A DNA stretch of 64,000 nt from Felis catus (taxonomy: Eukaryota): NCBI RefSeq assembly GCF_018350175.1, contig NC_058368.1, forward strand, positions 126,234,001-126,298,000, given 5' to 3'. The position numbers and the translations under genes are program-made. Under the pieces are notes generated by a model, which ran no database searches, was not told the origin of the DNA, and saw only the letters and a list, made by a program, of their open reading frames with translations. The first letter of the stretch is position 1. Each line of letters begins with the position of its first letter. Below, piece after piece: positions 1 through 12,905 of the stretch.

Positions 1-1675
1 TTGCAAGAAAAAATAGATGAATCCACTACCATAGTTGGATACTTTAAGACCCCTCTATCAAAAATGGACAGATCTAGGAGACAGAAAGTCAGTGAACACA
101 CTGTTGAACTCAACACTACCACATGTAAACTAGATATAGTTGACATATATTGATTATTTCACATAACAACATCAGAAAACACATTCTCAAGCTCACATGA
201 AACTTTGATTAAGATAGATCACTACTGGGGTCATAAGATAGACCTTGACAAGTTTAAAAGACTAGAAATCATATAATATCTGCTTTCAGATTAATTATAG
301 TGTAATTAAGTTAGATCAATAACAGAAAACTAGAAAATCTCAAAATACTTGGAGATTAAACAATATACTTTTATTTTTTTAATTTTATTTTTCATTTTTT
401 AAAGTTTACATCAAAATTAGTTAGCATATAGTGCAACAATGACTTCAGGAGTAGATTCTTTAGTGCCCTTACCCATTTAGCCCATCCCCCCTCCCACAAC
501 CCCACCAGTAACCCTCAGTTTGTTCTCCGTATTTATAAGTCTCTTCTGTTTTATCCCCCTCCATGTTTTTATATTATTTTTTGTTTCCTTTCCCTTATGT
601 TCATCTGTTTTGTCTCTTAAAGTCCTCATATGAGTGAAGTCATATGGTTTTTGTCTTTCTCTGACTAATTTCATTTAGCATAACACCCTCCAGTTCCATC
701 CATGTAGTTGAAAATGGCAAGATTTCATTCTATACTTTAACACACAGGTCAAAGGGGAAATCTCAAAAGAAATTTTAAAATATTTTTTGTTAAATTAAAA
801 TGAATATAACACTTATCAAAATTTGTGAGACACAGCAAAAACAGTGCATGGAGGGAAATTCATAGCAATATATAGAATGCATATTAAGAAAGAAAAAAGA
901 TGAAAAGCCACTAAACTAAGTTTCCACTGTAGGAAACTAGAGAAAGAAGAGCAAATTAATCCCAAAGCAAGAAGAAGAAAAGAAATAATAAATATTAAAG
1001 TAGATATCAATGAAATTTAAAACAGGAAATCAATAGAGAAAAATCAAAACCAGAAGGTGATTCTTTGAAAAGACCAGTGAAATTGGTAAAGTGCTAGTCA
1101 GGTTAACTAAGAGAAAAAGAGAGAAGATACAAATTACTAATATTAGAAATGAAAGAGAGGCCATCATTATAAATTCCATGAACATTAAAAGAATAAAAAG
1201 AAATATTATGAACATCTCTATGCCCACAAATTTGATAAGCTAGATGAAATGGACCAAGTCCTTAAAAGACATAATATACCAAAATCCACACAAGAAGAAA
1301 TAGACAATTTGAACAAACCTTTATCCATTAAGAAATTGAATCAATAATTAATGATCCTCAAAGAACAGGAAGTAGCAGGCCCAGATTGGTTCACTGGTGA
1401 ATTCTATCAAACATTTAAGGAAGAAATTATTCCAATTCTTTAAATGTTTCCAAAAGAGAGAGGTAGAGGGGGTACTTCTCATGCTGAGGTCTATTACCCT
1501 AATACCCAAACAAGACAAAGACATCACAGGAAAAGAAATCACAGATTTTTCATGAACATAGATGAAAAATCCTCAACACTGTATCCTAGGAAACCAAAAC
1601 CCAACAATGTATAAAAATAATTATCTGTCCCAACCACATGGAATTTATCCCAGGTATGTAAGACTGGTTCAGCAT
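1..1675 (+). mobile_element. Old L1 (L1M-type) ORF2 fragment (EN end to RT start), interrupted at 372-730
   Basis: A-rich degenerate ORF2 sequence, e.g. GGCCCAGATTGGTTCACTGGTGAATTCTATCAAACATTTAAG ([18 protein letters not shown]) and TTTATCCCAGGTATG; many stops and frameshifts. Confidence 0.9.
372..730 (-). mobile_element. 5'-truncated carnivore/felid L1 3' end
   Basis: 3'UTR with G-rich tract and A tail, similar to 42290-42650 in reverse; TSD TATACTTT at 364-371 and 731-738. Confidence 0.9.
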
Positions 1676-2109
1676 GCCTACATGGCCGCTCTTAAAGGTG
1701 TGTGTGTGTACCTATGTATCTTAGACAAAGGCTCACAAATTCTACTTTATTAAGGAGTGCAATCCATTGGACAGGAATGAGGACAGGGGAATGGCTCAAA
1801 AGGAGAGATTTCTAACAAAAAGATATTATCTAGCTGGTGGAAGCTATGTGTTGCAGATTTCTGGGTCTTTCAGGATTACCCTTTAAAAGGCCTTATAAAT
1901 TGCATCTGAGGACATCCCTCCAGCAGTGCCTGGAACAAGAGATGGGTGAAACCAAGAGGATATGAGGTGAGACATGTCTGATGAAGAATCCTTCTGGTCA
2001 CAGTTTATACTGTTTCAAGCATTATATTACTTTTATGAAAGACCTAAACTGGCATTATGCATACTGTCATGCAACTTTTTTCACTTATTATTATTTATAT
2101 TAGATGGTC

Positions 2110-2321
2110 TTTTTCTTTTCTTTTTTTTTAAGGTTTATACTTATTTTTGAGAGAGAGAGAGCACAAGGGGGGAAGGGGCAAAGGGAGAGGGTGACCAAAG
2201 AGCCAAAGTGGGCTCTGTGCTGACAGCAGAGAGCCCAATGCAGGGCTCAAACTCACAAACGGTGAGATCATCACCTAAGCTGAAGTTGCACGCTCAACCC
2301 ACTGAACCACCCAGGCACCCC
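2110..2321 (-). mobile_element. CAN-SINE
   Basis: GGGGTGCCTGGGTGG head, CT-rich segment, A tail. Confidence 0.9.
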
Positions 2322-4085
2322 TAGACAGCCTTTTTCTGCATACAGATAGGTCTATTTCATTCTTCTACAGGCTACAGAGTAAAAAGATAAGTTTTAGATT
2401 AGAGGATAATAAATTTTGGAGTTATATTGTATTTTACTTTTTCCCTTCTTTGTTTTGACAAATAAGGACATATTTTATTACGTGCATTAGGATATAACTT
2501 CATTTACGTCTAGGAAAGTGTTATGACACTGACCTTTGAATGCTTATTCAACAGTTTTGCATTTCATTCTTTAAAATGACCATCTGTGTTGGCATATGTT
2601 TCTGATTTACCAGTATTTTATTTGGTGTATTTCTGAGGAAATAAAACCTAGTTATTTCAAGTCAGAAGAGCATGGCTATTATTGCACTTGTGAGTTAAAA
2701 CCCTAAAAAGTTAACCAAAAAAAAAAAACCTTAAAGATAACTTTGATGCTCTACTACAAAATGAACACCTAACATCCTATTGATCTTGTCTTTTCAGCTC
2801 GATATTGACCAGTTTGTCCCATTAGTCATATCTTCCCTGCTTCTGGACATTGACTAGAAGGAAGGAAGGGAAGAAGGAAGGGAGAGAGGGAGAAAGGAAA
2901 GTTGTTTTTTGGGTCCAGTACTAGATTAATTAATTTAGTTTTACAAATAGCTTGATGTCCTTGTGAGTTTAGCTATCTATCTGAATGGGATATGCAACCT
3001 ACCCCTGGGTTCTCATCTAGAGGGTCAGTCTAATTCACACTAGGGAACAATCTGGATTTGCCAGCTACTGAGTTAGCAAAACCTCCCTGTGTACTTGTTC
3101 CACCCCAAATAAAATAGGACCTGCTTCAAATCTTTGAGAGGGCCATGGTTACTTTACACTGTTAGAGTTTTAGCAAAGGGAAAAATGGTGTTCCAGGCAG
3201 ATAACAAGATGGCGAAGAGATCAAAACTTCCTCTGGCTTCTCCCTAAAGGACACTGATCCTATCGGGAGGTGGTAAACAGGAAAGTCAGGGCAGCTTTCA
3301 CTTGGCAAACATTCCTAAGCCGTAAAACAAATCATGAATCACTGCACATCATTTTTCCCTTTATCCTCACCAATAAGTAGAAAGAACTTCTCTTCTCAGC
3401 AAAAATGCCAACATTAGGCCCTCAGGCAAGCAATGTGACCTTTCATGGGATTCCTTTCAGTATACCAGTTATTGCTGCAAGCATGGCCTTTGCACATCAA
3501 GTGTAAGACAATGTGAGATGGAGAGTTTAAGGGAAACCTAAGACAAAGACTGAAGACAAAAGATCCGTAAGGCAGTACAAAGGAGGTCAATTGCCTTGAC
3601 TAGAAATCATCTTTTCTTTCAGAAGATGGTTAAGGGAGAAGAAGGAATTATCCATACCTTTGTCTTCTTGGTCTTTTTATACAAGTTCATTCCACTTCAC
3701 AGCTGAACTTCTAGAAACAAAATACCCTTATTACTCTACTGGAGTTTGTTAATATCTGTATATTGGATTTGGCCGTGGCTGGTCCCTTAAGACAAATAGT
3801 TCCAAATGAAGAGCAATGTATTTATTCAGCTTCATGTATATCAGGTATGTGCAGTGTATAAAAGATGTTGTAAACAAATGTTTGCTTTTATTACTCTGAA
3901 TTGTAGGGAGGATCAATTAAATCAGAGTAGCCTCACTGAGAGCTGAATTTCCATAACTATGTCATAAAGGCAAGTCTTTATTTTGTTATTCAAAATTATT
4001 TGAAAATGTATTTGATGTCTATAGTGTAGGTATGATAAACTGTGTCAGAATTTTGGTTGTAAGAAATTAAGATAAAGAGCAGAGA

Positions 4086-4296
4086 GGGGCACCTGGGTAG
4101 CTCAGATGGTTAAGCGTCCGACTTCTACTCAGGTCATGATCTCACGGTTTGTGAGTTTGAGCCCTGCTTCAGGCTCTGTGCTGACACCTCAGAGCCTGGA
4201 GCCTGCTTCAGATTCTGTATCTTCCCCTCTGCCCCTCCCCAACTTGCGCGCGCGCTCTAAGAAATAAAATAGAAACGTTAAAAAAATTATTTAAAA
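4086..4296 (+). mobile_element. CAN-SINE (SINEC_Fc-like)
   Basis: tRNA-derived head; TSD AAAGAGCAGAGA at 4074-4085 and 4297-4308. Confidence 0.93.
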
Positions 4297-4527
4297 AAAG
4301 AGCAGAGAAATGTTAGCTTTTTCTGACTCTAAAGAGCCCTATCTCTCAGAAATAAAATGAACAAAAACTCTACCCTAAGAAAAAGATACAGAACCAAATT
4401 ACCAAATTTGTCAATTATGGAAGGAAACATTACATTTGTCTAATTATTTGGGTGTGTTTAGGTTTCTTTTGTGTTCTGCCACTGAATAAATAGACATATA
4501 CACACTAAATATATCACTGTAAATAAA

Positions 4528-4529
4528 TA

Positions 4530-4573
<44 letters not shown>
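4528..4573. repeat. (TA)n microsatellite
   Basis: Read directly from the sequence. Confidence 0.95.
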
Positions 4574-4577
<4 letters not shown>

Positions 4578-5498
4578 TGCACACACGCGTATGTACACAT
4601 ACACAAACATATACATATCATGTGGGGTATGTGTGTCTGTGTGTGTATGTGTATGAAAATGAGGGGGAATTAAAGTGAGAAAAACTTGGCTTAAATTCCA
4701 GCTAACATACTGAGGAATTGTGTAACAATATTCCAGGCACACTTCCTCTCTAAGTCTCAGTTCTCACCTGTGGAATGATAAGCATAGCCTTTTAGCCTTT
4801 TGCCTATATCTTAGATATCTCAGATTTTGGGGGCCTGATTCCACCTTCTTTATTTCCTACTGTTTAACTTGGACAAGTTATAGAACCCTCCTGTGCCTCC
4901 ATTTCCTCATCGGTAAAACAGGATAATAGTGGCCCTTCATAAGATTTAATTTATTTAATATCCACATGCATTTCCAACAGTGCTGGAGACATAGTGGAAT
5001 TCAATAACTTCGTTATATCTACCTTCACCTCCATGATCACCACCATCATTATATACAAGCACTTAGCAAGGTGTCTGGTATGGAGTAGAGATGCACTGGA
5101 TATTTGTTGAAAATCCAGGCAATTCTTACATTTGGGTTTTTATTTAAATGAGATATGCCTTTCTTATTTGTTGTCCTGAACTAATTATAGATTGGGAGCA
5201 ATAGGCATGTTAGTTTCCTGTCCAATTAAATATCTCCATGATCCTTATATCTGGCTTTCTTGGCCATCTATTCTCAGTAGAATGCAAACCAAGACCACCA
5301 TTTATAACCAATGTAAATTCAGTTAACTAGAAAACCACATCACCCTAACTGGTCGAGATTAATGAAATAATTTTTTCAGTGTCACCTTTTCCCTAATGTA
5401 GAGTATTACTGGCGTCTCATTTTCTTAACTTACATGTTGCCTTAATTTCCTGAATTTTCTTTCTTTATTAAATCAAGCATTTAAAAAATTCCATTAAA

Positions 5499-5682
5499 GG
5501 GGCACCTAGGTGGCTCAGTCGGTTTAGTGTCTGACTCTTGATTTTGGCTCAGGTCATGATCTCACAGTCATGAGATGCGAGCCCTGTGTTGAGCTCTGTG
5601 CTGAGCGTGGAGTCTGCTTAAGACCCTCTCTCCTTCTGTCCCTCTCCCCTGCTCACACTGTCTCTCTAAAAATAAAATAAAT
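5499..5682 (+). mobile_element. CAN-SINE
   Basis: Head GGGGCACCTAGGTGGCTCAGTCGG; TSD AAAATTCCATTAAAG. Confidence 0.93.
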
Positions 5683-6819
5683 AAAATTCCATTAAAGAAA
5701 GCAGGAGGAGACTGAAGGATTGATAGCTGTGGAGCGTTAAAAACCTATTTGCCCTAAAACAAAAACAAAAAACAAAACCCATTTGCCCTTCATGCAGATT
5801 CAACACAACAAACATCCCAAGACCTACCAGGCTCTTACTACTGAGCTCGTCAATTTAAAGTACCTTTTTGAAATAATTAAATGTCTTACATGTTTACAAG
5901 AAAATCAAGAGACTCGCCTAGGCTCACCCACCTGGTAATTTGCAGTGGCCACAGGAACTTCATCTGCGGTCAATTCCTGTCTTTCTTCTCCAGGGCCTGA
6001 CTCATTTGTAAAAGAGAAACAAAAACATCTGCCCTTGAGGCCTTGGGGTTGTTGTGTTACTAGTACTGCTAATATTATTATCATTATTAATTGGTAATAG
6101 TAATCATGTTTTTTAAAATGTGATGGACTGAAAGGTACTATAAAAATCATATAGTGGAATCCAAAAATCTGTAAAACATGTTTTTCTTTTTTGAAAATTT
6201 GTTATAATAATTATTGGAATAAATCAGATAGTAACTGAGGTTTGGAGACAATTTTTAATATGGATGTTATTGTTAAGCTAATGTATTTTATCTGCAAAAT
6301 ATCTAAATATAAACTTTTATAGAAAAGGTTTTAAGCTCTGAAATCATTCAGATTTTCCTTGCATCAGATTCTATAGAATCTTTCAGATGGTATGTTTTTC
6401 CTGCCTCTAAAGAATCAGCTTTTGTTTTTATAATTGTTCCACATTTGTACTGGAAGAGATTATAAGGAGCAGGAAAAATAATTCATGGTAAAAGCTCTCT
6501 ACAAAAGGTGAACCCATTTATCTTCCAAGTCATAATGAGCTAGTTTGAGAAAGGCCTTTGAACTTGCTTCTGGCAAGTGGAAACATTAACTAGCCTGATT
6601 TGAGAAGAGCGTTTGAACTTCTGGCAAGTGGAAACATCAGTCCCAACAAATCATCAGGAAAGCTTGGGTCAAAAGTGCAGAAGCCGGAAAGTATTTCCAA
6701 CCATGTTTCAGAAATATCAACATATCCGCATCAGCTATCATGTTTATGCATATTTTAGCCAGTTTTCAAGGAGGCTTCATATCCAGGAATGGATAAAGAT
6801 GATTCCAGGATTGCCCAGA

Positions 6820-7060
6820 GCAGTATTTTTCAAACTGCAGCTTGCAACCCATTAGTAGGTCATGAAAGCAATTTAGTCGGTCCTGACCAGCATTTTAAAA
6901 CAATGACATAGACTAGAATAAGCAGAAAATATTAGAGGGCACCCAGTAGTTAGAAGAACTATTGTTTGGCAAACTTCTGCTTCACGTGTGTTTTGCATGA
7001 TCCCGATGTAAAATACCCTTCTTACTGTGAGTTGTAGTCAGAAAAGCAGAAAAGCATTGA
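6820..7060. mobile_element. hAT-Charlie-type non-autonomous DNA transposon
   Basis: CAGTATTTTTCAAACTGCAG..ACCCATTAGTAGGTCATGAAAGCAATTTAGTCGGTC..AAAAGCATTG; subfamily not assigned. Confidence 0.6.
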
Positions 7061-7847
7061 TCTGGGGGCTTGTGGGTTCTGACGGGGTTTGGATAAAGAT
7101 GGAGAGACAAAGGGCTTTGCATCTGTCTGAAGTCTGAACCAGAGAAACTCTCCAGCATTAAATTGCTTCTAGCCCATTCTCAAAATCAGGATAACACAGT
7201 AGGGACAAGATGATGAGTGGGATCAGTTATCTGTGTCATTTGCCTTGGGTAGATAAATTCTAGTAGCTATAAAATCAGTTATTCAGTGTCTGGCTTTGGC
7301 ATCAGCTAGTGTGCTCTCTAACAGGCCAATGGTGGTTTGAAAATCACATTAAGACTGATGAAAGTCTACCCCCCCACATTTTCTCTTGCCTTCAGAAACT
7401 GCTGCAGGAGATTCATTGTTTTGGTGGACATAGAGGTTTACATTGTCTTGCAGCTTATATATTTACTTAAGCTTTCCGGAGAATTCTACGAATGTATCAA
7501 CACTTGCCTTTGCCCTAATTACTTCTCATTTAGTTTTGAAATGAGAATCACTTGACATTAATGCTACCGAATCATTTCAAACAATTGCAGTTGGATTGGA
7601 GGGAAGTTTGAAATATCAGTTTAAAGAAAACCAATTTAAAGCAACTCCACACCCAACTTGTTTAGTTCACATTAGCTTTTGCTAATCGAAGCGAATGTTG
7701 GCTGGCTGATGACAACTAGCAGTTACTGTATTTTAGAAAGGACTATAAAAATACATGGGTTAATTTGTGTACATTTGGCAAGTGGCAATTTTAGTTTTTG
7801 TGAGAACATGACTCAAATGTCTCAAAAGATGATATATTATTAGAGAG

Positions 7848-8055
7848 TAGTACTGCCCAAACGGACTTTCTGTGATAATGGAAAAGATCTACATCTGTAC
7901 CGGTCACATGGTAGCCACTAGCCACACATGCCTTGTGAGTGTTTGAAATGTGGCCAGGGTGACAAAGAAAATGAATTTTTAATTTTATTTTATTTTGATT
8001 ACTCGAAATTTAAATTGTTACATGTGGCTAGTGACTAACATAGTGGACAGGACAG
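7848..8055. mobile_element. MER3-like hAT MITE
   Basis: Internally palindromic ATGGTAGCCACTAGCCACACATG ... CATGTGGCTAGTGACTAACAT with an AT-rich centre. Confidence 0.8.
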
Positions 8056-8341
8056 TTCTAGAGTCTTGAATTTCCATGCTAATTCAAAACAAATAGAAAA
8101 TTCCTCTTTTCTATCAATGTCTGAAAATTAACTCACTCATTTATGATAAGGTGACTTTTTACCCCATCTTGTCAGTCACTCTTTTCAAGTCTTGTCCCTT
8201 ACATGCATCTCTTAATGCTGTTCTACGCATAGTCAGTACTAAATAAATGATAGCCTTTATTGGAATTACTGCTATCAATATTTATTTATCACCTACCTTT
8301 GACCCTAAATTCATCCTTAAAACTTAGGTTTATCAGAATAT

Positions 8342-8549
8342 TTTTATTTATTTTTAATGTTTTATTTATTTTTGAGAGAGAAACAGAGTGTGAGCAGGGA
8401 AGGGGCAGAGAGAGAGACACAGAATCCAAAGCAGGCTGCAGGCTCCAAGCTGTCAGCAGAGCCTGATACGGGGCTCGAACCCACAAACAGTGAGATCATG
8501 ACCTGAGCCGAAGTTGGATGCTTAACCAAGTGAGCCACCCAGGCGCCGC
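8342..8549 (-). mobile_element. CAN-SINE
   Basis: Typical body; TSD AGAATATTTT. Confidence 0.92.
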
Positions 8550-9097
8550 TAGAAGAATATTTTAAGGATCTGTTATGATGAGTTCAATCACATAAGGCAT
8601 TATTTTAGGCAGAGTTGTTGAAACTGCATATTGAAACCCATTAATCGTTCAGGAAAGCAATTTAGTGACATATCAACATTGTTATATGAATTGTTTTTGT
8701 CGCGAAGAATTATAATTAAAATTTGTTTTATCAAATAATTCTAAAGTAACATATGGTTGGTACCAAGTGGATAAGTCATTTTTAATTTACTTGGGCGATT
8801 CCTTTCACTTCTTTGGGCCCAACTGTATTGATTTGTTGAATGGGGATTGGATTAAACCAGGCATCACATATGTAAAGCCTACGGGATCTTGATGGTGTCT
8901 TAACAAATGAGGCCTGCTAAGTATAATACAGTAAGGTATAGCGGAGACTGTCAAATTGCAGAATTCCTGTGTCACCTGAAAAAAACAAGACAGTATCAGA
9001 ACCCTGTGTTCCTAAATGCTTTAGTTTTCCAAGATAAACTAAAAGTTTAGATTTTTCGAGTGGTGAAACTAAATGCATTAAACAAATAACATATCAA

Positions 9098-9448
9098 GGG
9101 GTGCCTGCCTGGCTCAGACAGTGGAATGTGAGACTCTTGATCTCAGGTTGTGGGTTTGAGCCCTGCAATGGGTGTAGAGATTACTTTAAAAATAAAATCT
9201 TAGGGGCGCCTGGGTGGCGCAGTCGGTTAAGCGTCCGACTTCAGCCAGGTCACGATCTCGCGGTCTGTGAGTTCGAGCCCCGCGTCAGGCTCTGGGCTGA
9301 TGGCTCAGAGCCTGGAGCCTGTTTCCGATTCTGTGTCTCCCTCTCTCTCTGCCCCTCCCCCGTTCATGCTCTGTCTCTCTCTGTCTCAAAAATAAATAAA
9401 TGTTGAAAAAAAAATTCAAAAAAAAAATAAAATAAAATCTTAAAAAAA
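9098..9448 (+). mobile_element. Older short CAN-SINE with a young SINE inserted in its tail
   Basis: GGGGTGCCTGCCTGGCTCAG...GGGTGTAGAGATTACTT; degenerate outer TSD AAATAACATATCAAG / AAATTACATGTCAAG. Confidence 0.85.
9203..9428 (+). mobile_element. Young SINEC_Fc-like SINE
   Basis: CpG-intact head GGGGCGCCTGGGTGGCGCAGTCGGTTAAGCGTCCGACTTCAGCCAGGTCACG; TSD AAAATAAAATCTTA. Confidence 0.96.
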
Positions 9449-9612
9449 ATTACATGTCAAGTGAATTTTAAGGTATGTAAATTATATTTCAATAAAACTG
9501 TTAATGTGTGGGTCTAAATGCCACTAGTTTGCAATTTCTGGACCATTTGATCTAAGATTCCTTCCTGTGTTGCTACTCCGGCCTTTCTAAGCCCTCTGCA
9601 TATGTCTTTCTT

Positions 9613-9856
9613 TTTTTTTTTTTTTTCTTTTTTTTTTTAATTTTTTTTTTCAACGTTTATTTATTTTTTTCGGGACAGAGAGAGACAGAGCATGAACGGG
9701 GGAGGCGCAGAGAGAGAGGGAGACACAGAATCGGAAACAGGCTCCAGGCTCTGAGCCATCAGCCCAGAGCCTGACGCGGGGCTCGAACTCACAGACCGCG
9801 AGATCGTGACCTGGCTGAAGTCGGACACTTAACCGACTGCGCCACCCCGGCGCCCC
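9613..9856 (-). mobile_element. Young SINEC_Fc-like SINE
   Basis: Long A tail; perfect 16-bp TSD TGCATATGTCTTTCTT at 9597-9612 and 9857-9872. Confidence 0.96.
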
Positions 9857-10211
9857 TGCATATGTCTTTCTTAAACATTTTAGCAGAGTTTGTATCTGAG
9901 GAAAAAGTTTGCTTCAGGGAGGGACTTTTTTGAAGACAGACAGCTAATGTAGCACTGATTCTTTGCATTCAGGCCTACACAAGAAAAATTTAAATAAGCC
10001 AATTGACAGAGAAATAAGTTATAAGCTCAGTAAAGGAAGAAACTAAAGTAAGTAGCCAATATTTTTTTTTTATATAACACACTGAAGTGAGAAAAAAAAT
10101 CCAGATGAACAAGAATCTTAAAGAAAAAGCAAAGAAATACTGTGATTACTCTGTAACCCTTACATGTTTTTTAAAGACATTCGCATACTCTTTTTAAGAA
10201 TACCAAAATGA

Positions 10212-10418
10212 GGGGCATCTGGGTGGCTCAGTTGGTTAAGTGTCCAACTTTAGCTCAGGTCATGATCTCATGACTAGTGAGTTTGAGTCCTGCTTTGGGG
10301 CTCTGTGCTGACAGCTCAGAGCCTGGAGCCTGCTTCAGTTTCTGTATCATTCTCTCTCTGCCCCTCCGTCACATGCAGTGTCTCTCTCTCTCTCTCAAAA
10401 ATTAATAAACATTTAAAA
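10212..10418 (+). mobile_element. CAN-SINE
   Basis: Typical body; TSD AAGAATACCAAA. Confidence 0.92.
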
Positions 10419-11589
10419 AAGAATACCAAAGTGAATGTTAATTTATATTTGTTTGAAAAGGGTTCTTACTGTATCTATATTAAATCATGAATAGTAGGTA
10501 ATGACAAACCAGAGCTTTAATAACCCAACTCTAAGAGAGTGAGGATAAAAATCAGCTAAGATGGGGTTTTTAACCCAGTCCTGGAACACTCGTCACTTTA
10601 GACTTCATATGAGTGCTCCAAACACACATGTGGCAATCATGTCTGGAAGAGAATAAAACGGCACCTTTGGACTCTAATCAAAGCCAGAAATGGGAGCACA
10701 GAACCAAAGCCAAATCTGGGAGTCAAAAGAGATTCTCTCTGGTGTCTGTTTCATTTCAGTTGGACATTTTTCAGTCCCTTTAACACCAGTTCTAGCCCAA
10801 TAAATTTACATTTTATTCACAGAAAACATTTTATTCACAGAATAGATGAAATTTAAATCACTATTAAAAAATGATCAGAAAATATTATTAAGTAGTATTA
10901 CTAAGTAGTGAGTAGAGTAGGGCTGTGAATTTAAGTTCTGACCAATATCTGTACGACTGTTCGTTTATGGAATATCAACCTGTTTATCTGATTGAAATCT
11001 AAGTTCAATTCTGTTCTTTTTTCACATGTCCTATTCCCAGCTATGCTTCATCTTTATGAGCATAAGTGCACCATATTATCTTTTCAAAAGTCTAGAAATA
11101 AAGTTGCCATTATTTCCCACAGTCTGTGAAGAGTTAAAAGAGCAAGAGAAAGGGGGAAAAAAAAGAAGGTATCTTTAAAGCGTAATGACCGAGAAAGACT
11201 TCAGTACCAGAATCAGAAATTCTTAAATCTAAATAATGTGCTAGGATTAAAACTATTAGAAACAACAAAAGCTGGCCAAATTTTCAGTTTAGCTCTTTAA
11301 GTGTTTCAACTCAATTATGTATATAATGTTCAATGAGCTTCCTGGCACACTTGTCTGTGTTGATAAACACAATATGGACAAAAACGTGACCCTTACCCTT
11401 GCATGTGTTGTCTTTTTAACTCACTGAGTTCAAATTTATACATAAGCTAGAAAACACATTAAAAAAAAAAAAAAGATGAGAATGGACACTAGGGTCTTTA
11501 GAAGGCCAGAAAAATAGAGCTATCCTGGGGACTGAACCTGAGAGGAGCTTATGTGCTCCAGGTCCTTGGAAGGATGCAGAAGCTGACAA

Positions 11590-11810
11590 GGCGCCTGGGC
11601 TCAGTTGGTTAAGCATCTGACTTTGGCTCAGGTCATGATCTCGCGGTCTATGAGTTTGAGCCCCGTGTAGGGCTTTGTACTGACAGCTCAGAGCCTGGAA
11701 CCTGCTTTGGATTCTGTGTCTCCCTCTTTCTTTCTCTGTCCCTCCCCCACTCATGCTCTGTCTCTCTTGCTCTCAAAAATAAATAAAACATAAAAAGATT
11801 AAAAAAGAAA
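11590..11810 (+). mobile_element. CAN-SINE
   Basis: Typical body and A tail; short TSD AAGCTGA. Confidence 0.92.
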
Positions 11811-12365
11811 AAGCTGAGTGCAGGCCAGTAGAGGTATTTGCATAAAGCTCTTGGGCCTGGAACTGAAACAGGTTCTGGACTCCCTGTCCAGTATTCTGTT
11901 TATGTTATATGGTGAAGCTGTATAAATCATATTTTATTTAATAGGTCTCCTGATCGCAGTTTATATTTGAGACCTACAAGTTCTTGTCCTCACCTGGTTC
12001 ACAGGAGTTAGTAATTCAGAACAATAAATCTCAGGAATATTTACCTGGTTTATTTTCAAAGGAAGAAGAAGTGATAGAAAGTGTAAATTCCCTCCTATAA
12101 ATAGGCTTTGTTCACTCAGCTCACTGACGCTGCGCTGGGTGCTAGAGATAGAGCCACGTGCTAGGTCAGGCCCCTACTCCTGTTCTCAGCTGACCTTTCA
12201 GAGGGAAGAAATATCACGTGTTACTGAATGCATGAAGTCATGGGGGATTGGAAGATACATTAATTTAAATATCACTGAAAAAGAAAAACGACTTCCAGCT
12301 AAACAGTGTGGTGCTGCCTTAAGAGCAGACATGTTCCCCACATGAATCACCCACACAGCCCTATT

Positions 12366-12586
12366 TGGGGTTTTTGTTTGTTTTTAATGTTTCTTTATTT
12401 TTGAGAGAGAGAGAGACAGAAGACAAGCAGGGGAGTGGCAGAGAGAGGGAGACACAGAATCCAAAGCAGGCTCCAGGCTCTGAGCTGTCAGCACAGAGCC
12501 TGACTTGGGGCTCAGACTCATGAACCTCGAGGTCATGATCTGAGCCGAAGTTAGATGCTTAACCGACTGAGCCACTCAGGTGCCCC
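12366..12586 (-). mobile_element. CAN-SINE
   Basis: Typical body; CCCTATT on both flanks. Confidence 0.92.
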
Positions 12587-12759
12587 TATTCTGTTTTTGA
12601 GTTTTCTTTTTGGTGTGCCAGGGGCTGAGGTCCTAGCCCTGCCTTCAGCTGCAGTTCTTGGCTTGTGACAGAGATCATTCTTTCACACATTCCAGTGGCA
12701 AAAATGTCACACAGCTTCCTCAGCTTGCCACTATCTTTCTCAGGTCCCAGAAAGCTTTA

Positions 12760-12905
12760 ATGGTTTTCAAACTTTAATGGGCATATGCAGTTGGATCTCT
12801 TTCAGATGAGGATTCTGATTCAGTAGGCCTGGGGTGAGGCCTGAGATTCTGCATTTCTTACCCACATCCAGGTGATGATAGTGTTGTTGTTTGTGGACCA
12901 CGTAC
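12760..12905. mobile_element. MER5A-like element
   Basis: GATTCTGATTCAGTAGGCCTGGGGTGAGGCCTGAGATTCTGCATTTCT. Confidence 0.75.

Noticed and set aside
5932..5996. Possible 65-nt minus-strand exon (GTCAG|GCCCTGG...TACCAG|GTGGGT)
   Set aside because: Purines sit next to the acceptor, the peptide is unrecognised and there is no supporting neighbouring exon.
9203..9290. tRNA-like A/B box sequences in SINE heads
   Set aside because: tRNA-derived SINE heads with no complete cloverleaf; not tRNA genes.
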